DNA of 42,492 nucleotides, from NCBI GenBank assembly GCA_027604505.1, contig JADIIX010000166.1:1-42492 (forward strand), read 5' to 3'. The notes beneath the pieces are model-generated. The model was not told the DNA's origin, made no database searches, and saw only the letters and a list, made by a program, of their open reading frames with translations. Position 1 is the first letter of the stretch; each line of letters opens with the position of its first letter. The stretch is from Gonapodya sp. JEL0774 (Eukaryota). The translations under genes were made by a program, and so were the position numbers. Below, in pieces: positions 33,537 through 42,492 of the stretch.

Positions 33537-33642
33537 TGATTCCGTTTTCGTTCCCTTCTGATTCGGAAAAGTTTACCCGAACTACATACTTCGACATAAT
33601 CGAAACACTTTATTTAGTGTTGAAGTAAACAACGACAAAGAA
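33537..33642. promoter_or_regulatory. Short divergent spacer (amidohydrolase/thiolase-like), probable bidirectional promoter
   Basis: Head-to-head start codons are 106 bp apart, with an AT-rich spacer. Confidence 0.5.
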
Positions 33643-36166
33643 ATGCAGCAAGCCGTTCCAATCATCATTGGCGTCGCGCAGATACGGAATAAATCAAAAC
33701 GCCTTGACGATGCCAAGGAGCCACTGGTAACGCCCAACTTACCTTGGGGCGGTTGAGGGATCGCTGAAAGCTCATCCGTGTCCTGCAGGAATTGATGGTT
33801 GAAGCCCTTGATGCAGCAATCCGAGATACAGGAGCGGATCCAGAGGTCTTAAAAGAGCTGGTTGGTAACTTACTTCATCGGTGACTAGTTCGCAGTCGTG
33901 TTTAAGTCTGCTTTCTCTCTCTCAGTGCGATGATTTTGTTTCAATGGATATTCAATCGTGGACTTATGAAGACGTTGTGTCGTCCGCTTCGATGAGGATG
34001 GGACTGAAACATGTCCGTACGAAGTGAGTGCCATTTCGCTTCAAAAAGAATAACAAACATGTGAGAGAAGGTAGAACAGTTAAATGACTTTTGCACCCGA
34101 ATCTTGGATGGGAAAAAACAATGTGGACGAGCAGAACTTATGGTCCCGTGGGCGGCAATAACACCGTCAAGCAGCACGATAACGCGGCAAGAAGGGTGGC
34201 ATTGAGACAATCACAGCTGATTCTTGTCGGCGGTGCCGAATGCTGGTATTCACTTAACGCATGGAATACTCAGAAGAAACTCAAACCCCCCCACTGGACG
34301 CCTCCGCCAGCTGGGAAGTACGTCGCCAGCAATACAGATACGCGGGACTGGTCATCGATGGGAAACGAATACGCTAGCCGACACGGTTGAGTGTTAGCAC
34401 TAATTGCAGGCGCACATAACGCACATTGCTGATCCGAGAGCAATTCCACACAGGCATTTACAAACCCATCCAGTGGTACCCTTTATTCGAAGTAGGATTA
34501 CGTGCTCACCTTGGCAAATCTCCCCTGGAGTCACACGAAGAATCTGCCCGAATGTATGCTGGTTTCTCTCGCGTAGCCAACACCAACCCTGTCGCATGGG
34601 CATATGACGATAATGCAAAAACTGAGAAGGAAATTGCAGCCATCAATGAAAAAAACAGGTAAAGGGACTGCATCCAAATTTTTGGCCTTAGAGGTGTTTA
34701 CCCAAGATCACTACCAGAATGATTTGCTACCCATATCCACTTCTTATGAATGCCAATAACTCTGTGAACCAGGCGTTCGGTTCCGTCATAACTTCAACTG
34801 AAGTCGCACGTCGGCTAGGTGTTCCCGAGTCAAAGGTACTTGATAACTTTCGGGCCGCTGAAGCAACATTTTTGAACCTTTTCGCATCTTAGTGGGTCTA
34901 CCTCCACGGTGGCGCTGGAACTTATGATCACCCATCTGTCCTTCACCGGCCGTGCTATTACCGTTCATTTGCAATGGAAGCCTCTTTTGAAGCGGCAGCT
35001 CATGCCGCGGGACTCAAAAGCTTACGGGAATTGGACCTCGTGGATTTGTATAGCTGCTTTCCAGTCATGGTAAAAATGACAGCGAAGCATTTGGGTGTAG
35101 ATGCTTTAGGGAGAGATAAACCCTTGACTCTTTGCGGAGGGAACACGTAAGCTCATTTTGAAGTGTTTGATTCGAGGAAGAGGGTCCAACTTCTCTATCT
35201 TATTGCTTTCCGTAGATTTTTTGGTGGCGTCAACTGTAGGTTATCATCCGCACTCAATAGGCTGACGCTCCTTCTGCCGGTCCCCAACCTGCGTCAACCT
35301 TGATCCCGTATCAAAAACGTATTGTTGTTCCCCAAACAGACTCTGGTCATGCCATTAACGCCATGGTTCGCGCAATCCGGGAGGGGAAGGGTAGAACAGG
35401 TCTCGTTCATGGAAACGGTGAGCTTTTTGTTGCCAATTGGTGTCCCTTTCTTTTGTCTTTTCTTCCCACCTACAAATGTCATGATCTCTGCTGTCGGTCT
35501 CCTTTCACCAGGCGAGTTCGTCACTGTTCGTATCCAACCATCCTCGGTTCGCCCGACTTATTCGCTGCTCAACGCTGTTTCACCCTTCTCCAGAAACACC
35601 ATGTTCTCATACTCGGGCGGGATCCTCGCCCTGCCGATAGCTTGTACCCAGACCAGAACCCACTCCCCGAACTCTTTCCACCACCGCTCACAGTCCCTGA
35701 AGTCGTGGAACGGTGCCCTAGAGAGGGTGCCTGGTGCGTAGTTGAGACATTCACGTTTGGTAAGTTAGCAGTTTGACCGCGTTTCTTGTAATCCTTGAAG
35801 CAAGCTCTCACCTACATTGCCACACTACCTTTTGGGCCCTCTGTGATTCAGAATACGACCGTGCAAACCGCCCCACGCTCGGATTCGTGGTTGGTCGGCT
35901 GCTCGCACGGAGGGAGGATTCGTATTCCAATAAAAGGTTTTTGGCCAACGTGGACACAACAAAGGAGCCAGCGACAGTAGCGGTGAGTTGGATGTTGGGG
36001 AAAATCGCCGCGAACTTCGGTGTGAAAGATCAACATGTTGTTTTCCCCGCTCTGTGGGAAGGTTATGACATCATTCCATGTGGAGGCAGTTGGGCTGAAG
36101 GGTTGGGTATGGGCCGATGTGACTGGACGGAACTGGTTTCGGCTCGCCCATCCAGAAAAACTTTGA
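33643..36166 (+). CDS. Thiolase-like protein (acetyl-CoA acetyltransferase-like family with C-terminal extension), many exons
   Basis: PIIIGVAQ, EPL|ELM, VGGN, ILVGGAE, YPLFE, R|MICYPYPLLMNANNSVNQA, DLVDLYSCFP, LTLCGGNT|FFGGVN|YSGHAI, GLVHGNG and VETFT|EYDR. The last exon is inferred from 36062, ending at TGA 36164-36166. Confidence 0.85.
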
Positions 36167-36453
36167 GAACCCCTTCAAATTTGGTTCCAAGCCCCAATAT
36201 GTTATCGTTCATGGTAACAAACGGGCTACGGAGTCTATTTGTCTTTGTAAAATTGCCTCCCACACTTCAGTGGATAAGGTTTTTAAGAAATTATCAAGAG
36301 CTTCTGACCCAACCTCTAGGAGTGCAAACAACTGTGTAACCGCAACATTGAAGGACCCCGCGGTGGTGCACCAGACCGGTGGTGGAAGACCCACCCTCAA
36401 TTCAAACACTCCGCACAAACAGGGCTCGATACACTTGCGAGGTCCGGAAGACG

Positions 36454-39400
36454 ATGGCTTCGGAGGCAGCTAAAACGAGTAGAAGATCCTCAGGACAGAG
36501 CGAGACCGTGGAACGGTGGACGAGTTTGGGTCAGGGTTCTTCAAAAGGTGGACGTGGTTTGGGTTCATTTGGAGGAGTGGAGCGACGTACTGGAACAGGC
36601 GAAGGCATAGGAATGAGCGTTAAAGCCGGAGCAAGTGCAAGTAGAGCTGGAAATGGACTTCGAGCACCAACAGAGCGGACTTTGTTGGACGAAGTGTTTG
36701 AAATTGGTGACATTGAGATTGCCCGAGGGTCTTTCGGGTCAGTCCGAACTTGCAAGATGCTCGGAAACTTATCAAAAGGAGTACAGATTGGGAGAAAGAC
36801 GAGCAGAGGTGGCAATTTAGGTGTGGGCTCGGAAGGCGACACTTATGACCACGTTGACAAAGATATGGAGTGGCGCACCAAGATGCTCGCATGCAAGTCA
36901 ATCAACCACCCGCGCAACGATTCCCTCCAACATGCCACCCCCTCTGCAAATCTCGCTTCTTCAGTTTCTCCCGTCTTTCCGGCCTCACTCCCGTCCCCTT
37001 CGTCCAGAGCATCCCCTAGTCCTCCCACTTTTAAGTTGCTTTGCCGTCTTCCACTACCTCCTCCTTCACTTCCACAAATATACCCCTCTTCGCCCTCACA
37101 CACGGTCGTTCAGAACCCTTCTGCGCGCCTCCTTCTCTCACTTCTCACTGAGGCTTTTGTCCCCCTGGCACTGTCCCATCCAAACCTCCTCCCCACCCGT
37201 TACATCACCCGTGATGCTGGCGCAACTCACATCATTTCTGACTGGCTCGAAGGGCCCACGCTTGCGGACTGGGTCAGGAGAGGTTGGCCAATTTCCGAGA
37301 CACTCGGTTTGTCCTCCACTCCCAAAGCAAGGGACAGGCGGGACAAGCGAGACCGTGTTGACACAGATGGACTGATAAGAGCTGAGGCAGCTGTCGAAAA
37401 AAGGGCCAGAGAAGAAAAGGAGAGGGAGAAACTTGTGGGGAGGGTGTGGAGGGAATGCCTGGAGGCCGTTGGTGAGTTGCATATCAAACCCTCACGGGCG
37501 TCAGTGATGAGCGTCACTCGAGCATTACTTAAGTCGAGCGCATCAGTTGCGAGCACATGAGGTTTTGTTTTCCTCTGAGCGTGATATTCAGTCGCTCATC
37601 TGCAACTGTCCCTCATCCCTCCAGCTCACTTGCACCACCACGGTATCGCCCACCGTGACATCAAACTCGCAAATTTTGTCCTTTGTCGATCCACGTACCA
37701 CTCGCCCTCTCCCACATCCTTGTTTGCGGTAAGCCGTCTTGCTTGAACAACATCCACCGATCTTTCCGAGCATTCTACAACACCCCACTACTTCACATCA
37801 AACTTCAGGTTCCTCGTGTCGTTCTTCTCGATTTTGGCTCAGCCACCCTTCAGCCATCCGACCACCGTCGTTGCGGCACTCTCTCGTATATGGCCCCTGA
37901 AGTTCTTCGAGGTGGCCTTCTACCTCCACGCACCCCTTGTAGCGCAACGCTCTCAAGTATTTCCCACTCACCCTCCGCGTTTTCGCTCCTCCTCCCGTAT
38001 CAATCCTTACCACCCGACGTTTGGTCTCTTGGTATCGTACTGCACGCCCTCTGGTATGGATCGACTCCGTGGCCAGAGGAGGGCGTGTCGGCCCGTGAGC
38101 GGCTGAAACGAATGATGAGTGCGAGTGAAGGAAGAACTTGGGAAAGACGAGGAGATGCAAAATGTGAGTGTGTGGTATTGGGCATGACAATGGACTAGAG
38201 TTGTCGTCGCAGTTTCTGGAAAGAGTCTCATTGTTAATGATGCATCGATACAGCTATTCCTCATCTACTTTCCCACCTTCTTCAACCTGACCCTTCTTTG
38301 CGTCCTACATGCGATCAACTACTCACATACCCGAATCCCTATATCCTTGACGACACGGAATTTGCGAGAGGTTTCTGGGGAGGAGGGGTACAAGGATCAC
38401 AGGTTTCGAGCTGCATAACAGCAGAGCCTGTTGTAGCAAACCAGAACCCCTCCTGGCGTCCCTCCTTCGGATCAGCGTCCGCAACGAGTCCCGCTACCGT
38501 CGCTTTGCTTTCAGAGACGGCAACTGCCAGAACGAGGCTCGGAAAGAGGAACAGGGAGGCTACAAAGGAGAGTTTGAGGGCAGTTTTCCGGAGGATATTC
38601 GGAAAGAATGGTGCATCCGGTTGCCCCAGGTTAGGAAGAAAAGGACAGGGGCAACCTTGCCTGGACAATTCTGTAGCCCAACACGGTCTCCCGCGAAGTG
38701 CTTCTGATGTGGACTCACTCGCATTTGTTGACGTTTCGAAGAGCACAAGTTTTGATAATGACCTGGAACACAAGGGCAACATTGTTCAAGTGAAGATCCT
38801 GCAGATGCATGATGCATTACACAGTCACGACCAACCCGGTCCATCCGACTCTAACGATTACTTGCATAAACCTTCTTGCGCTGCCGACATTGACGCCACT
38901 GCCACGACCGACTCGGACGCTGCTACGGCATCGGTGTCTGGAAGTTTTGGCGACTTTGACTTCTCTCGAGAAGAAGACGGTTCGGGTGCACCAGTCAGCC
39001 CTGCGTCGTTTTCGGTGCATCATGGTAGCGGAGGGGAGGATGGAGTGGATGGGCAAGGGACGGACATGACGGAGCGGACGAGCTCAGACGGTGAAGGTGG
39101 TATGAGGCTGTTTGCATTGGATGGAGACACCGAGGCTGGAACGGAAGGGGCAGTAGATTCTGCTGACGAACGTTTTCAAAGAGATATTGGTGCAATTTCT
39201 GTGAAAAACAATTCTGGGGCCAAGATACATCTCAAGGGCAGGTATGAGCTGTTTGGGGAGTTTGGGATTGAGGAGGGCGGAAGGAGGAACATGTGCGCGC
39301 CATCTATCTCAACTGTTGCGGAGGTGGATGAGATGGAAGGAGGATATTGCTCTGGATTTGACGAGACTCCGAGACAGTTGCTTGCTGGAGAAGATGTCCA

Positions 39401-40403
39401 AATGGGGATACAGATTGTAGCCCCCAAGAGGATCGCTGATGTGGGGCGAGACACCATGATGTCAGTGGGGTCCGTTGCAACAGTGGCAGAGACTTTGGGG
39501 TGTTCGCCGGCAAAGTTTGGTGTCGCGAGGGCACCGTTCGAAGTAGAGCTGGTCGGTAACAGAGTCGAGGACATGGGGATTGTAGATTCTGTGGAGGACA
39601 ACGATGATGCATCATTACCGGCGGTTGAAGTAGACAGGGATTTAAACTTGGGTTTTGCCTGCGACAACCCACTTCAGGTGTTGCGCCGAGTCGTCACCAC
39701 CGGTGCTACTTTACACAAGTCGTCGTCCACTTCTGCCATCAAGGGAAGTCACCCGGCCTTGGCATGCGACGATTCGACCGAGGAGCTCACACTTCGTCTG
39801 GTGCGGTCCTCGTCAGACCCGGTGCTGAGCTACAGCATGCAAGGTGCCGACGTTGAGGCTGGAGTTCTGCAGAAGATCAAGCAGGGGATAGCTCCGAAAG
39901 CCCCACTTCCGATCTCGTGGTCTGAGATTTGGGAACAATGCCAACAGGCGAGTGGAGCGAGGAGGCGGCGAAGTGGGAGACGATGGGGAAGCAGGGGGAG
40001 CAGTGATAGTGGGGAAACGGACACCTCGTCGATGGTTTACGAGGCGCCCCAACCTCAAGTGCCCGTGCACCAGACGCAGGTGGACCTGGAAAAACTGCGC
40101 TCTTTTGGTGCGATGCCTGTCGAGGAGCAGGCGAGGCGATTGGCGAGGTGGATCGATGCGAGGATGGAAAAAGTGAACCCTGATGGCCGGTACAAAGGAA
40201 ATCTGACTGGATGGGTGGAGTCCGTGCTGGGCAAGAGTGAGACGTTGGATAATAGTATCAGCGATGACTGGCCATGCGAGGTGGCTCCAGACCCTGTCAA
40301 TATCGAAGAAACCCGGAGAGATTCCAAGGGGAAGGAGCATGCCGTAATAAGGGACAGGAGCCGAGACACCAAGCACGCCGAGGGCCGATGGTGGTGGAAA
40401 TAA
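36454..40403 (+). CDS. Ser/Thr protein kinase with long disordered C-terminal tail, 4 exons
   Basis: IARGSFGSVR, LACKSI, EAFVPLALSHPNLL, HRDIKLANF, LLDFG, CGTLSYMAPE, DVWSLG and LLQPDPSLRPT, continuing in frame into the 701-codon ORF. Confidence 0.88.
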
Positions 40404-40861
40404 TGGATCAAACTCGCAGGGAATACCGATGAAGAAAACATCTGGGATCAGACGATTTACTTTCAATTTGTGATCTATGGGAACCGGATATACCAATGCT
40501 TGCATCGCATTACATACAAGTCTGTATAACATTTAAGCATATGTTTAAGATGTGAATGAATTTTGGCTGAAACACAATGATCCACTTCTGGCACGATTCC
40601 AGATCTGTTTTTTCCTTTCTTATTCCGACTCCTGGCACTCATGGCATTGCAACAGGGCATGTTTAGAGGGATCCGCGAGGTGAGTGCCTGGTGAATTTGT
40701 TGACAGGGGTTGGAGCAGAAAAAGGTAGAAAGGGAAGGGGTGGGGCAACCACTCGAACCCACTCTAAACCGAGTCACGCTGTCCTCGACTCTAAAATGAA
40801 AATGAATGCCCCAAACTCTCATCCTAAACAGTGCACAGGTGAGCAAAGGGAAGTCTGCTCA

Positions 40862-42370
40862 CTAGGGAGCACGATCGTCCACTTTGCGATAATCTGTAGA
40901 AAGGTGCCCAAAGTCCGTGGGACGCGCATCTATTTCACCTGCTCCAACATTGTGGGCTCCGATGAGCCACGCCAGTGGGTGAGTTGTTCCTCTGCCATTG
41001 AATTTTGACAAATCCGACAAGACAGACCGCACACTACACGTAGTGGGTGCCACCTGCAGAATCGCTTTGATGATTCCCTTGAGAAGGATGGCCTGTTCCA
41101 CACGATCATGGGATTTGTGGTGTCTGATCTCGAGTCTGAGGGTTCGCAGATTTGGTGCAGCACTGACAATGGTACAGCCGAGAGTAGTCGTGCCATCGGC
41201 CATGCCTGCGTACGTTGGAGAGTCCACATCGGGGATGTAGATTCCCAGTGTGAGTTCTTGAAGCTTGTGGAGGGTGGGGAACGGCCGACCACCAACGAAT
41301 CCGTCTGTCGGAAGATAATGATCCACAAGTGCCCCCTCCCTCAACCAAACTGTTCCCATTGTCTCCACGTTTGGAAAAGTGAACGGTACTTCCAGGAATC
41401 CCGAGACGAACTCGCGAGCAGGATTACGAAGACCAGATCGAACGCTGACCACTTCGCACCGTCTCTCCAGCGACACGTTTTGCCGAACACATTCACCCGC
41501 TGCAAAGTCGAGAATGTCTAGTCCCTCGAGGTGGGTCACACCTGGCAGCTTTGTGAGGACGGCGGTAAGGTTCTCGCCGCTCTCCTTACTGGTTTCGGTC
41601 CAATCGTCTACACAAAACTCGCGGACGTAACAATGGGGCATTGAACCTGCCAAACTTTCCATCATCAAGCCGACATTGTCCGGGTATGAGGTCTGGAGAG
41701 ATGAGACAAACGGGTGTGCCACCGCGAGGGTGACCAGCTTCCGCATGACCAGCAAGTCTGACGAGTGTCGTCGTCGCACGTTCACAGAAAACGTCGAAAT
41801 AACAGGCTTGATGCTGTCTGGGCGGCGAGCGAGGCCCAGTTGCCCAAGTTGGGTGAGACATCTCGCGAGCTCTGTTTGGTCCGCAAACTTGGGCGGTGTC
41901 GCAATGAAACGTAAAACGACAGCCTCCAAGCTGTCGAAGTCGCCCTGGCGAATACTGTACATTGACAAGAACATGCTGGCGCGAAGGCTTGCCCACATTT
42001 TGGTTCCCGACTGTCTGTCGACAACCTCGACAAACTGCCGAGGGATATCAATATTGAACCCGCCGTCGGCCCAATCCGCTACATTGAGCGTGCACTCGAC
42101 GGTGATGGGCTGGCCTGGGCGACACCCTGGGACCGCTTCAAGCGATGCTAAGCGGAACTGCCGCGATATTGTCGAAGCCACGCCGAGAAAGACTGTGGGC
42201 GGAAGGAAGCGCAGGATGTGACAAAGAGTTTCGATAGGGAGGGAGTGGATGGAAGTAGGAGGATTTGGCATGGTAGGAACGGGATGGGTTGGAGAAGATT
42301 GCGAGAAGATTGCAATAAGTGGTTGGCGAGTGCTCGAGAGTGTCGCACACAGCACACGGGCTAAAGTCAT
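40862..42370 (-). CDS. F-box domain protein, intronless (start 42370 or 42271)
   Basis: SIHSLPIETLCHILRFLP...ASTISRQFR F-box pattern near the N-terminus and LRR-like segments (LPGVTHL, FPNVETM, APNLRTLRL) in a 502-codon ORF. Confidence 0.75.
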   Translation of the reverse strand: MTLARVLCATLSSTRQPLIAIFSQSSPTHPVPTMPNPPTSIHSLPIETLCHILRFLPPTVFLGVASTISRQFRLASLEAVPGCRPGQPITVECTLNVADWADGGFNIDIPRQFVEVVDRQSGTKMWASLRASMFLSMYSIRQGDFDSLEAVVLRFIATPPKFADQTELARCLTQLGQLGLARRPDSIKPVISTFSVNVRRRHSSDLLVMRKLVTLAVAHPFVSSLQTSYPDNVGLMMESLAGSMPHCYVREFCVDDWTETSKESGENLTAVLTKLPGVTHLEGLDILDFAAGECVRQNVSLERRCEVVSVRSGLRNPAREFVSGFLEVPFTFPNVETMGTVWLREGALVDHYLPTDGFVGGRPFPTLHKLQELTLGIYIPDVDSPTYAGMADGTTTLGCTIVSAAPNLRTLRLEIRHHKSHDRVEQAILLKGIIKAILQVAPTTCSVRSVLSDLSKFNGRGTTHPLAWLIGAHNVGAGEIDARPTDFGHLSTDYRKVDDRAP

Positions 42371-42492
42371 ACCAACAATCTTGTGCGAACCCTTTTTCGG
42401 AAATTTTGGTTAGTTCTTTCTCGCTGAATTATAATACTGAGTCGCTCCCAAGCCTCTCACATGAGACAAAACGAAATGCAAAAGACCGCTAA

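Overview
Gene-dense, intron-rich eukaryotic genomic DNA, most consistent with an early-diverging, probably zoosporic fungus. This rests on short GT-AG introns, fungal-type GT71/Zap1/Dal3/Gtr1 genes, a WD40-bearing Atg16 and a cilia-associated TEX47/DYBLUP-like gene. About 16 protein-coding genes can be assembled by hand: GT71 mannosyltransferase, FAD monooxygenase, Zap1-like zinc-finger factor, 5-hydroxyisourate hydrolase, ureidoglycolate lyase, AFG1 ATPase, TEX47-like protein, Atg16, Gtr1, a CaaX coiled-coil protein, glutathione reductase, DGAT2, amidohydrolase, thiolase-like protein, Ser/Thr kinase and F-box protein. The accessory part (about 3.9-8.3 kb, plus 13.7-14.7 kb) holds three copies of a 0.6-1.1 kb segment, each carrying an identical intronless tRNA-Phe(GAA). 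It also holds two complementary tRNA-Phe half-genes fused to the repeat ends and a CpG-depleted core with a Ty3/gypsy integrase relic. The most notable items are this split-tRNA/tRNA-cassette architecture, a possible purine-catabolism cluster with a candidate FAD-dependent urate hydroxylase, and a candidate prenylated nuclear-envelope protein. All exon boundaries and family assignments were made by eye from motifs; no database searches were run.
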